Positions 51,799 through 62,130 of a stretch of DNA of 64,000 nucleotides are shown here, in pieces. The position numbers and the translations under genes are program-made. The DNA is from an uncultured delta proteobacterium. GTDB taxonomy: Bacteria; Desulfobacterota; Binatia; UBA9968. The DNA is taken from assembly GCA_963727625.1 (NCBI GenBank), contig CAVSHR010000009.1, positions 224,001-288,000 of the forward strand, given 5' to 3'. The notes under the pieces are model-generated. The model was not told the origin of the DNA. It ran no database searches and was given only the letters and a program-made list of their open reading frames with translations. The first letter of the stretch is position 1. Every line of letters starts with the position of its first letter.

Positions 51799-52152
51799 AT
51801 GGAATTCGTAGTAGAGTTTTATGAAACCGAATCAGGCAGTTCCCCGGCGCGGGAGTTCCTGGACGAGTTGAGGCTCAGCGATCCTGACGACTTCGCGGCT
51901 GTCGTCGCGGGCCTGGCGAAGCTGCGTAACAGCCAGTATCACCGCGAGCCGCTTTCTAAAGCGCTGGGCGAGGGGCTTTTTGAGCTGCGCCATGTCGACA
52001 AGCTCAACACCCGTGTGCTGTGGTTTTTTATGAAAGGCAGGCGGATTGTCCTGCTGCACGGCATACGTAACAAGGCACGGGCGATTCCATTGCGCGATCT
52101 CGCAACCACGCGGGAACGGATGCGCGATTGGCGCAAAAGAGCGAAACAGTGA
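51799..52152 (+). CDS. Type II TA toxin, RelE/ParE (HigB/Gp49-like)
   Basis: VEFYET..G.SP..EFL, GLFELR, RVLWFF, IVLLHG. Confidence 0.88.
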   Translation: MEFVVEFYETESGSSPAREFLDELRLSDPDDFAAVVAGLAKLRNSQYHREPLSKALGEGLFELRHVDKLNTRVLWFFMKGRRIVLLHGIRNKARAIPLRDLATTRERMRDWRKRAKQ

Positions 52153-52913
52153 AAAAGACCAATTTCGACCGGTATCTTGAAAAACAATTGGATAATCCGG
52201 CTTTTGCCGCTCGGTTTAAAACAGCCGGCGAGGCGTGGGACGTGGCGCTGCAGATTGCTGCGTTGCGCGAGCAAGTCGGACTTTCGCAGAAGGACCTCGC
52301 CAAGCAGCTCAAGACTTCGCAACAACAAATCAGCCGACTGGAGTCGCCTAGTTACGAAGGCCACAGCCTGAGCATGCTCCGCCGCGTCGCCGACGCCTTG
52401 CACGCAAAGCTGCACGTCAGCTTCGAACCGGGAAATTCAGACGCCCACATGCAAGTCGCCGATCGCCCGGCCACATATCGGAAAGATCGCAGCGTGCCCG
52501 CGAATACGGCAATAAGGAAACTTGGCAGCATGGAATCTGACGAAGCGAGATTGCCCCGCCGCCGAGACCGTGACCAGACCGTCGGTACCATCACTGGAAC
52601 AAAAATAAATCGAAAATATCTGGCGGAAATCGTGCGGCGAATCCTCACGGTAACCGAGCCGGAGAGAATTATCCTGTTCGGTTCCGCGGCAAGGAGCGAG
52701 ATGGGACCGGACAGCGATCTTGATATTCTGGTGGTTACGGCTTGCGATCATCGCCGCAACACCGCTAGGGAGATTCGGAGCGCGCTCTTCGGTATCGGCA
52801 TACCGATAGACATCATTGTGGCGAAACCGCAAGACCTCGAACGCTACGGCGACGCCATCGGTCTTGTTTATCGTCCTGCGCTCAGGGAGGGAACCGTTCT
52901 TTATGCCGCGTAG
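52149..52913 (+). CDS. XRE-family HTH antitoxin fused in frame to an MNT nucleotidyltransferase
   Basis: LREQVGLSQKDLA...SQQQISRLE, then FGS-x10-DLD (GSX10DXD); GTG overlaps the toxin stop. Confidence 0.8.
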   Translation: MKKTNFDRYLEKQLDNPAFAARFKTAGEAWDVALQIAALREQVGLSQKDLAKQLKTSQQQISRLESPSYEGHSLSMLRRVADALHAKLHVSFEPGNSDAHMQVADRPATYRKDRSVPANTAIRKLGSMESDEARLPRRRDRDQTVGTITGTKINRKYLAEIVRRILTVTEPERIILFGSAARSEMGPDSDLDILVVTACDHRRNTAREIRSALFGIGIPIDIIVAKPQDLERYGDAIGLVYRPALREGTVLYAA

Positions 52914-53325
52914 GATCGGCTTTATCGGGAAGCCAGAAGATTGGCTGCGCCGGGCCAAAGGCAATCTCGCAAGGGCGAAGCAAACAAAACCCAAAGACGC
53001 TTTCTGGGAAGATCTTTGTTTCGATGCGCAACAAGCAGCAGAAAAGTCCATCAAGGCGGTCTTGGTTTTCCGTCGGCTCGAGATTCGCAAATCCCATGAC
53101 CTCAGAGGGTTGTTGAGCTTGCTTGAAACCGCCGGCTATCCAGTACCCGAGGAGATACGAAAAGCAGATGATCTCACCGACTACGCCGTCGAGACCCGTT
53201 ATCCCGGGTTAACCGAGCCCGTTGGCCCGACCGAATACCGCGATGCCGTTCGGCTGGCGGAAGCCGTGGTGCGTTGGGCCGAAGAACAAATCGGAGTGCG
53301 AAAGAAAAGTAAAAGGAAGACCTAG
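52903..53325 (+). CDS. HEPN domain protein
   Basis: WLRRA..NL, CFDAQQAAEKSIKA, KSHDL, ETRYPG; overlaps the MNT stop. Confidence 0.9.
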   Translation: MPRRIGFIGKPEDWLRRAKGNLARAKQTKPKDAFWEDLCFDAQQAAEKSIKAVLVFRRLEIRKSHDLRGLLSLLETAGYPVPEEIRKADDLTDYAVETRYPGLTEPVGPTEYRDAVRLAEAVVRWAEEQIGVRKKSKRKT

Positions 53326-53405
53326 GCGCGCTCGCATCCGGTTTGTCTTCGAGCTGGGGGCAAGTCGCCGTACGAAACGCAGTGTGACGAAAACGAGATA
53401 GTTCC

Positions 53406-53687
53406 GGGAGAATCGAATACGACGCGGCACACGATTTACTGAACATCGAATTCCTCGCCCATGTTCCCATCGACGATTCCATTGAATTGGATAGCGTGAT
53501 CATCGACTATGCGAAAGACAAACGGAGCGTCGCCATCGAGGTATTGGACGCGAGCAAACGAACGACGCGCAAACCTTCGGACCTCGCCCAGTTGGCCATC
53601 GTGACATCTTCCGGCGCAGGCGCCGTGCGGGAAAGCGCGGAAAAGTACGCTAAACGGCGAGGCGGGAAACCTGCCCGCCGGAGGTGA
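53406..53687 (+). pseudogene. DUF2283-like protein lacking a start codon
   Basis: RIEYDAAHDLLNIEF...VIIDYAKD...AIEVLDASKR. Confidence 0.65.
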
Positions 53688-53758
53688 GCCAGTGAAAGAC
53701 ACACCGCCGGCAATCGAACGAAAATTTCGCCAGATGCTGCCAAAAAGTGGCAAACGGC

Positions 53759-53809
53759 TTGAACGGAGCGCAGCGGTGGAACGATTGGAACATTTGGAAC
53801 CACTGGAAC
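53759..53809 (+). repeat. 9-bp-period tandem TGGAAC repeats
   Basis: TGGAAC at 53777, 53786, 53795 and 53804; TTGAAC at 53759. Confidence 0.8.
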
Positions 53810-53831
53810 CGCCCGGAGGGCGGAAGAGACC

Positions 53832-53881
53832 GTGACCTCGGATGTCAAAAAATAATTGTGGGGCGTGACCTCACGTGTCAC
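53832..53881. promoter_or_regulatory. Two TGAC-N7-GTCA inverted repeats upstream of cas6
   Basis: GTGACCTCGGATGTCAA (53832-53848) and GTGACCTCACGTGTCAC (53865-53881), 33 bp apart. Confidence 0.7.
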
Positions 53882-53924
53882 AACCGGTTTGTAACCTTTC
53901 GGATGTGAGCATAAAGGAAGAGCG

Positions 53925-54521
53925 ATGCCGTACGTGGATTTGGCGTTTAGGTTGACCGGCAGCAAGGTGCCTGTGGATCACGGATATGCCCTCTATTCGG
54001 CGATCAGCCGGATTTTGCCGGAGATTCACGGCGCGAAGAGTATTGGCGTGCATCCCATCCGGGGCACGTATTCCGGGAACGGCGAACTGATGCTCCGAGA
54101 TTCATCGCGATTAATCATAAGGCTCGAAAGTGAACACATCGGAGAAGTTCTGAAACTCGCCGGCAAACGATTGGATATAGACAGCCACAGCCTCCGGGTC
54201 GGTATACCTGAGGTCCGTCTTCTTCGCGCACGTGCTTCACTATACTCGCGCCTCGTCACAATCAAAGGCTTTATGGACCCTGCAGCGTTTCTGGAATCAG
54301 CCAAGAGACAGTTGGAGAAGCTTGGCGTCGACGCAGAAATTCAGGTTGGTGAACGGCGAACTTTCCGGCTCAAGGATAAGCAGGTGGTCGGATTTGAAGT
54401 CGCGGCCTCGGAAGTAGACGCTGCCGGATCTTTACGATTGCAGGAGAATGGACTCGGCGGCCGAAGGCATATGGGTTGTGGGATTTTTACGGGATCTGCT
54501 GTGCAAAGGTCAGCGGGATGA
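53925..54521 (+). CDS. cas6: CRISPR-associated endoribonuclease Cas6 (MYXAN/Cmx6 type)
   Basis: VDL.F.L.G...P.DHGYALYSAIS, SRLVTIKG, GLGGRRHMGCGIF glycine loop. Confidence 0.92.
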   Translation: MPYVDLAFRLTGSKVPVDHGYALYSAISRILPEIHGAKSIGVHPIRGTYSGNGELMLRDSSRLIIRLESEHIGEVLKLAGKRLDIDSHSLRVGIPEVRLLRARASLYSRLVTIKGFMDPAAFLESAKRQLEKLGVDAEIQVGERRTFRLKDKQVVGFEVAASEVDAAGSLRLQENGLGGRRHMGCGIFTGSAVQRSAG

Positions 54522-56751
54522 GCGGCTATCCGAGACTCTTAGCCAAGAGCAGTAAAGCACCAAACTCCCCGCTTGGGCTAGAAACGCTGCCTGGTCATAC
54601 AGCCAATGTTCTTGCTGCAGCGGAAGCGCTGCTGGACGAAACCGGTGACTCCCAATTGGCTGCTGTTCGATTAGCTCCAGAAATCTGGCGGCAAGATTTC
54701 CGTCGCAGCGTACTAGCGGCAGCATTTTGCCACGACCTAGGCAAGGCGAACGACCAATTTCAAGCAATGGTCCGTCATCAGCGTGAGGGGAAACAGGCCG
54801 TTCGCCATGAAGCGTTGTCGCTATTAATTATTGAGGAGACCATTCTACGGAATTGGCTTGTGGCGGGTCTGAAGGATGCAGAGGATCTAAAATTTCTTCT
54901 ATGGGCAGCAGCCGGTCATCATCGGAAATTTCCACCTAGCAAACCTGACCAGGGAACCGGCGTGCGACTTTCTCTTTTCCTCGGACATCCCGATTTTCAC
55001 CGTACACTATTGGTCGGTGCCAAGTGGCTCGGCTTGGATGATCCACCGCGACTCGACGATCAAAAGTGGCAACTCACCGGAGCAAACTCCCCCACCACGC
55101 GATTGAGCCGCTTCTGGATCCGTGCTGCTGAATATTGGAGTACCTGTGTGGACGAACGGCGTCGGTTTCTCGCAGCCATGAAAGCATGTGTCATTGCTGC
55201 TGACATCGCTGGCTCAGCGTTGCCGAAACAGAAAAAGAAAATTGCCGTTCGACTCGCGAAGCTCGAATCGTCGACCAACGGCTGACCAACTTCAGAAGAT
55301 TGTTGATGACCGATTACAGGGATTATCTCCCGCGTCCTTTTCAAAATGCCTTGGCAGGAACCAGGGAGCGAGTCGTCCTTGCTCAGGCAGGGTGCGGAAC
55401 TGTCCGGAAAAACCTAGGGGCAATCTGTTGGGCTGCACGGCGCACACCGGGAAGACGACTGTTTTCGCATATCCGACGACTGGCACCGCAACTGAAGGTT
55501 TTCGCGATTATCTTGTTGATCCCACTCTTGACGCTCAGTTAGTCCACGGCCGCGCAGCTGTGATCTCGACTTGCTCGGCGTAGGAGTCGATGATGGTGAA
55601 AATCAGGACCCTCTTGCAGCTCTTGATGCGTGGTCAACTCTTATTACCAGTTGCTCGGTGGATACTGTGCTTCGCCTGACCCAGAATCACCGCCGGGGTC
55701 TCTACGCTTGGCCCGCTTTGGCAAATTCCGCGTTTGTTTTTGATGAGATTCATGCTTACGACGATCGCCTGTTTGACGCGCTGCTGCGGTTTTTGACCAG
55801 CTGTCGTGGTTTGCCTTGTCTTCTTATGACTGCGAGTCTCCCCCAAGCGCGGCGTGCGGCTCTTGAGGACGCTCTACGCGGACTAGGCGAATCGCTGGAA
55901 AGCGTGAGTGGCCCAAGCGATTTAGAAAACCTACCTCGTTACCAGCGCTTACTAAATGATAATCCCTGGTCGGTGGTCGAGCAACGCTTAGAGACAACGG
56001 AAAAGTACTTTGGGTGGTGAACACCGTCGACCGTGCATTCAATTTAGCCAATCAAGCTGAGGCCCGAAGCATTGAACCACTCGTGTACCACAGCCGGTTC
56101 CGTTACGAAGACCGCGTGCGGCAACATGGACGGCTTATTGCGGCGTTTCGAACAAATCTGCCAGTGTTGGCTATAACTACGCAAGTGGCCGAGATGCGTG
56201 CTGAGATCTTTCAGCCGATCTTTTGGTGACCGACTTAGCGCCGATCGCGGCCCTTATTCAAAGGCTTGGGCGATTAAACCGCAGGTCGACCCCAGTGAAT
56301 CGCATTCCTCCAAAGCCTTTTCTTCATCTAGAACCAGATACCGAGGCTCCCTCTAGGACTCAAGATCATCCAGACCCTTTTGCTGCAGGGACCCGAGTAT
56401 GGCTGGAAAATTTCGGTGCGGTGCCAGTCTCACAAGCTGACCTGGCGCGAACCTGGATCCATCTGGACGAGAATGCTATACCGCAATTCTTTGAAAGCGC
56501 CTGGTTGGATGGCGGCTTCAAACGACGCCCCGCCATTTGCGGGAAAGTCTTCCTGGCTTGACCGTCTTGCTCGAGGAAGATGCCGATGGCGTCGCACGTG
56601 GCGAAGTGGATCCCGCACGCGTCCGTATTCCCCATGAACCCACCACGCAACAGGGCGTGGAACAAATGGCGGGAGGTGGCTTTTGCTCGCGTTCCTCCGA
56701 TCAGAGTACATCAGGTACGATTCAGAACGAGGTGCTCAATGGCGTCATTGA
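54518..56751 (+). pseudogene. cas3: Cas3 HD-helicase, multiply frameshifted as sequenced
   Basis: HDLGKAN, RHEALS, AGHH, AGCG.G, YPTTGTATEGF, FDEIHAYD, MTASLP, YHSRF, TTQVAEM, QRLGRLNR spread over roughly ten frame segments. Confidence 0.88.
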
Positions 56752-58349
56752 CGTGCGACCTCTTTGCCCCGGGCATGACTCAGGCTCCATCGAGCTGGTC
56801 TTGCAGGCTTGGCTAGCACGCTGCGGTGGGTTGAGAAGAAGGTCCCCAAAGGAGAGCGTCCGGGCGGGCGGTTCGGTCGGACAATTGACGAACACTCGGT
56901 GACATTGAGTTGGGAGGAGAATGACGGGAAACGGTTACTCTTCGAGCGACTTTTTGCCTTAACCTACCAACTCAAAAATGATCTTATCTATCTAGCTGGC
57001 CAGTACACGGAACTCCCCCCGCCGTTAGAAGTGCGGGCCGCGCTCCAGGAAGGACTTCTACTAAGTTTTTATGACCACGGAGTTCAATCCCGTGGAAAAA
57101 AAAGGAGGCGCGCGAGTTCGTACATACGAAATCGATGACAAGGCAGTTACATACCGATACCTTCCTCTCTCCTGGTATAAACACCAGCGAGATGGTTCAA
57201 ATTTTTGTTGCAAGCTATCGGAGGGAGTGCTGCAAATAACTCGAACGCTTTTTCCAGGGGCAACAGAAAGGTCCTGCCGGACTACCGGCACCCATGTGAT
57301 TCGCGCAGCCCAACCTGCTCTGCCACTATTTTTCGCACCTGTCGGAACCGTTGCCTTTAGGGCTGGCGGGAAACGTGTGAATCGATCGGGGAAAGCGTAA
57401 TTCGAAAGCCGGTGCCGCATTGTTACATCCCAGATGTGCGAAATCTTTTAAGCGCACAGTATATCCTTCCAGCACTACTACCGAGGAATGTGGTCAGAGA
57501 CTGCCAGGTTACTAACATTGCAGGAGTGCTGCTGCCCTACAGGCGGAACTGCGATTGCGTAGTCGCGATGTTGCTTCAATCGCGACGTGATCCCTGCTAT
57601 TCGTTGTGTGTGGTGTTGTCCTGCCGACTGGAATTACAGGCTCCAGCCGCCATCGTTTGTCACTGAGGTTAATTCGACGCAGTTGATCCGAAACTAGACC
57701 AGTTGACCTTGGCGATGCATGCCTTGGCTGGGCAGATATTACCGAGAAAAAACGAGAAGACGGGAGAATATTTCTGGCCCAGAAGTTATGTGCGTCCGCT
57801 CGTGGCCGACAACCTTGCGTCAATCGCCCCTGGTACGAAGGTTTAATCGTTTGATGACGAATCAAGATCCGCTTACGGAACCATCCAATTCGCAACTACT
57901 TACATTTCGAAAGGAAAGGACTGCACATCATGACCGAAGAAATCCGATGGGGTCATCCCGGAGAGGAATCGATCGTTCGCGCTGTCCACGAAGCTCTTCG
58001 ATGCCGCTATGGTCGCATAGCTTCCGAGAACTCAAAAAATCCTGCCGCGATGAAAAAACGTATGGCACGCGAATATGAACGCCTTCGACTAGCATTTGCC
58101 GGTTCTAAAACGGTCGACACCCTGCGACACGCTCTTACCGATCTCTGGAGCAGAGGCGGTTCCAACAATGTTTTGAAAGAGTTATGGCCCCAAGTCTTGC
58201 CAATGCTCGCGAGCAATAAATGGCAGCTGACTCGCGATTTGGCGCTGTTGGCTCTCGCGAGCTACCAGGCAAAGGAGAAGAAGAGATTGATCTCATCAAC
58301 ATTGATGATGAACCAAAAGGAACAGAAGAAACGGAGGAACAGGTATCGA
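56739..58349 (+). pseudogene. cas8a1: Cas8a1/Cmx8 large subunit, multiply frameshifted as sequenced
   Basis: DLFAPGMT.LHRAGLAGLASTL start, [24 protein letters not shown] end. Confidence 0.8.
57930..58349 (+). CDS. cas11: Probable Cas11 small subunit from an internal start in cas8
   Basis: RBS AAAGGA 9 nt before the in-frame ATG 57930; helical C-terminal domain of Cas8. Confidence 0.6.
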
Positions 58350-59242
58350 GCCGTCATTTATTCGTCAATCTCACCCATCGCCACACCGCCAATAATCGTG
58401 GAGAAACCGACGGAAACGTCACCACGTTACAAAAGCTCTTGTGGCAAGGGCAAGTCCATACCACCGTGAGCGCAGAGGCGATTCGTTTTGCGTTGCGCCG
58501 CACTCGTCAGTGCCGTTGAGGGGGAGAAAACAAATGCGTCGCTGGGATGAGAGTGTACGGTCAATATTTGGGAAGATCCAGAATTTTCAGAGGCTTGGAA
58601 GAAGAAAGACGATGCGACCTTTATTGACGACGATCTGCTTGGGTTCATCAGTGCGAAAGCGGCGAGTCAAGAAGGGCAGGCCGGTACTGCCGACGTTCGG
58701 CGAGCGGTGTTGGAAGTTACAAGGGCAATATCTTTGCTTCCATGGGGCGGCGACGTATTTTCAATGCTGCTAGTCCGGGAGCGACACCGAGCGCTGCAAA
58801 AAAAGGTAATAATCCCGTTCCCTACGGCACGGAACTGCATGCTACGCGATACCAATACGGAATCGCCCTAACACCCGGATCGACTGCGCAAAAAGGACAG
58901 AGCCAAACCAGCTGTTGCTGGCCTATGTCGGACTGTGTCCGAGGTGGCAGGTAATCGTAGGCCGTTTTCTTTTCGATTTCTCTCTCCGAGAGTATCGTGT
59001 TTAGACTGACCGATGATCCTGCTCCTCGGCTCCTCTACGTTTTTGAGCAGAATGAACAAAATATCGACGCGCCATTGTTACTCGCTCGAGTTGAAGCCGG
59101 TGACATTAAAGCGGAGGAGTTAGTGATTGGTGGCAGTTTCGCGGCCACGATGACAGCCAAGAAATTAAAGGAGCTGGGAGCAGATGTTCTTCCGGGTGTC
59201 CGGAAGGCAGCAGAAACTGTACTCGGCAAGCTCGAAAGCTAA
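58345..59242 (+). pseudogene. cas7: Cas7/DevR backbone, frameshifted as sequenced
   Basis: [51 protein letters not shown]; start reads ATCG after RBS GGAGG. Confidence 0.88.
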
Positions 59243-59244
59243 GT

Positions 59245-59925
59245 ATGATCGGCCTGTATGTGTCGGTGCCTGTTGCTTGCTTCCGCAAGGGATTGGCGCG
59301 CGAGTATCTTGAAACCGAAGCGCTACCACCGCCGGCGACGTGTTACGGTTTCTTGCTTTCGTTAGTGGGAGAAATCGACCGCACGCGGCATATCGGTTGT
59401 CGCGTAACTGCCGCTCTCATAGGACAACCGGAAAAAAGCGCGGTGTTACGAACGGTCTGGAAAATAAAGAACCGGAATCTCTACATGGGACAAACTCCTC
59501 CGTCGGGTGCGCCGAAAAAAGTGAAAAACGCCGGAGGCAACCGTATGCTTGACCGGCAAGAACTCCTCACCGGAGTTAAAGTCGTTATATGGCTAGACTC
59601 GCACGAAGAGAGCACGGAAAATACTGTCTTAGAGCAACGTGCACGAGAATCGCTCACGCATCCAGAACGTATATTTCGTTTCGGTGGCCTCTCATTGGGC
59701 GAAAGCGCCCATCAGTCGATGAAGTGAAACTCTTTGATGGTGACCCGACGACCGAAAGTGCAGTTTTCTGTTGAGCCCCGCGGGCAATTGACCCTTCCGG
59801 TATGGGTAGATCACGTCGGTTCAGAAGATACCCGGTATGTGACCGGAGACCTGCTGATGTCGCGACTCGTGCCGCCCGATCTTGCTCGCATGCCGAAGAT
59901 CGAGCCCGCTGAAATAGTTGCTTAA
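59245..59925 (+). pseudogene. cas5: Cas5/DevS, frameshifted near 59710 and 59770 as sequenced
   Basis: LYVSVPVACFRK..AREYLET..LPPPATCYGFLLSLVGE, RFGGLSLGES, LTLPVWVDHVGS. Confidence 0.88.
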
Positions 59926-59943
59926 TTCCCAAGGACATTGACT

Positions 59944-61578
59944 ATGGATGAATCGGGACCTCTCGTCCGCGTCATGGCGCTGCACGCGCTGATGTATTGT
60001 GAGCGGCTTTTCTATCTTGAGGAAGTGGAGGAAATCCGCGTTGCTGACGCGTCGGTCTATGCTGGCCGTAGGCTTCACGAAGAGTTGGCGGCGGATGAAG
60101 GGGAAATCGTTAGTCTAGTTTTAGAGAGCGAGAAGCTCGGGTTGAAAGGGAAGGTTGATTGCCTGCGGCGAAGAAACGGTCAGCTCATTCCTTACGAACA
60201 TAAGCGCGGGCGTTCTCGCAAAGGCGATGATGGTCCGGAAGCATGGCCAAGTGATCGACTTCAGGTCTATGCCTACACGATGCTGTTGGAAGAGCATACC
60301 GGAACTGCCATCGACGAGGCGAGAATCCGCTACCACGCGGACAACGCGACTGTTCGGGTCGCTGTAGACGAAACGGCTCGTGAGAAGGTTGCGTGGGCGG
60401 TTCGACGGGTGCGGGAGTTGCGCCAGTCGGTCCAGCGGCCTCCGGTGACGGACAACGAACGGCTTTGCCTCAACTGTTCGCTTGCGCCGGTGTGTTTACC
60501 GGAGGAGGAGCGTTTAGCTCGCGACCGTGAATGGGCACCGGTCCGCTTATTTCCCAAAGACAAGGATAGGCAAACAGTTCATGTCACGGATCACGGTGCG
60601 CGCGTGACGCGGTCAGGGGACACGTTCGCAATAATTCGGATAGACAATACGAAGGAGACTTTGCCCGTCAGGGAGGTTGGAGAGTTGGTGTTGCACGGGG
60701 GCGCGCAGATCACCACGCAAGCGATTCACCTTTGCGCCCAGCAAGAAGTCGGAGTGCATTGGGTAAGCGGCGGCGGGCGTTACATCGGAAGCATTGCTGC
60801 TGGAGCAAGTCCGGTGCAGCGGCGAATTCGACAATACGAAGCTCTGCGTGAGCCAGGGTTTTGTTTTAAGTTGGCCAGAAAGCTTGCCTCTGCCCGCTCG
60901 GCGAGCCAACTCGGATTCTTGTTACGCGCCTCTCGAGAAAAGGGACGCGGCGCCGAAATAGACGGAGCACTTCGAGGCATACGAGCCGCGTTGCGATCGA
61001 TGAACCAAGCGGAAGGGATCGATTCCCTACGCGGATTGGAAGGAGATGCAGGGCGGCTCTACTTCTCGGGTCTACCGGTTTTGCTGAAAGACGAGATCGA
61101 TGAGCGGTTGCGTTTTAACGGCCGCAATCGACGACCGCCGAAAGATTGTTTCAATGCCTTATTGAGCTTCGGTTACGCGTTGCTCTACCGCGATGTGATG
61201 CAGGCGATTCTTGCGGTTGGCCTGGAACCTTCTTTTGGTTTTTACCATACTCCACGGTCCGCTTCGCATCCTCTCGCGTTAGATCTCATGGAACTTTTTC
61301 GCGTACCGCTCTGGGATATGCCCCTTGTTGCATCGGTAAATCGTTTGCAGTGGAGTCCCGACGAAGATTTTACGATTGCGGGCGAGCAAGTATGGCTAAG
61401 CGACACCGGTCGAAAAAAGGCAATCGAAGTCTATGAGCGGCGAAAGGAGGATCAATGGAAACATCCGGTAACGGGGTATTCGCTATCGTATGCCAGGCTA
61501 ATCGAACTTGAGTGCCGGTTGCTCGAAAAAGAATGGACCGGAGAGCCGGGGCTATTTGCCAGAATGCGGTTAAGGTGA
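59944..61578 (+). CDS. cas1: Cas4-Cas1 fusion (MYXAN type)
   Basis: YCERLFY, GKVD, EHKRG, CLNCSLAPVC (Cas4 Fe-S); LRGLEG, RNRRPPKD..NALLSFGY, GFYH, LDLMELFR (Cas1). Confidence 0.95.
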   Translation: MDESGPLVRVMALHALMYCERLFYLEEVEEIRVADASVYAGRRLHEELAADEGEIVSLVLESEKLGLKGKVDCLRRRNGQLIPYEHKRGRSRKGDDGPEAWPSDRLQVYAYTMLLEEHTGTAIDEARIRYHADNATVRVAVDETAREKVAWAVRRVRELRQSVQRPPVTDNERLCLNCSLAPVCLPEEERLARDREWAPVRLFPKDKDRQTVHVTDHGARVTRSGDTFAIIRIDNTKETLPVREVGELVLHGGAQITTQAIHLCAQQEVGVHWVSGGGRYIGSIAAGASPVQRRIRQYEALREPGFCFKLARKLASARSASQLGFLLRASREKGRGAEIDGALRGIRAALRSMNQAEGIDSLRGLEGDAGRLYFSGLPVLLKDEIDERLRFNGRNRRPPKDCFNALLSFGYALLYRDVMQAILAVGLEPSFGFYHTPRSASHPLALDLMELFRVPLWDMPLVASVNRLQWSPDEDFTIAGEQVWLSDTGRKKAIEVYERRKEDQWKHPVTGYSLSYARLIELECRLLEKEWTGEPGLFARMRLR

Positions 61579-61581
61579 AGT

Positions 61582-61884
61582 ATGGCCGAGGAAAAATTTC
61601 TCTATCTCGTTTGTTACGATATCCGTGAGCCCAAGAGGTGGCGGCGCGCCTACAAGCTGCTCAAAGGATATGGGAAAAGTCTTCAGTACTCAATTTTTGA
61701 GTGCAGAATGACGAGGCGTGAATTGGAACGAATGCGATGGGAGCTTGAGAAAGAACTATCAGAAGAAGACAGCCTGATGATCGCGGGATTGTGCGCTGGC
61801 TGCCATTCAAAGGTCATTGCCAGAAATACGAGAAACGAATACCTGCAGGAAGAACGCAAGTTTCGAATCGTCGGTGCAGCGTGA
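61582..61884 (+). CDS. cas2: CRISPR-associated endonuclease Cas2
   Basis: YLVCYDI...KR, G..LQYSIFEC. Confidence 0.95.
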   Translation: MAEEKFLYLVCYDIREPKRWRRAYKLLKGYGKSLQYSIFECRMTRRELERMRWELEKELSEEDSLMIAGLCAGCHSKVIARNTRNEYLQEERKFRIVGAA

Positions 61885-62130
61885 GAGTAGGACCGGCTCA
61901 GGTATCTGCGCATGTTTATTACGCTAAGTACATGATTCTCTCTAACTTAGCCTCGGGCAAAGGGAAATTGAAAATTAATAATCGTGAAGATGCTTGAGGG
62001 GAAAAAGCGTTGGCGGTTTCTATGGATGTAACTCGTACCATTCGAATGGCTAAAAGTTTCGATCAGAAATCCCGGGTACTTGAAGGTCGCATAAAAATCT
62101 ACAGAAAGGATACGGAGTTAGCCGTAAGCG
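61885..62130 (+). promoter_or_regulatory. CRISPR leader
   Basis: AT-richer non-coding 246 bp between cas2 and the first repeat. Confidence 0.75.
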
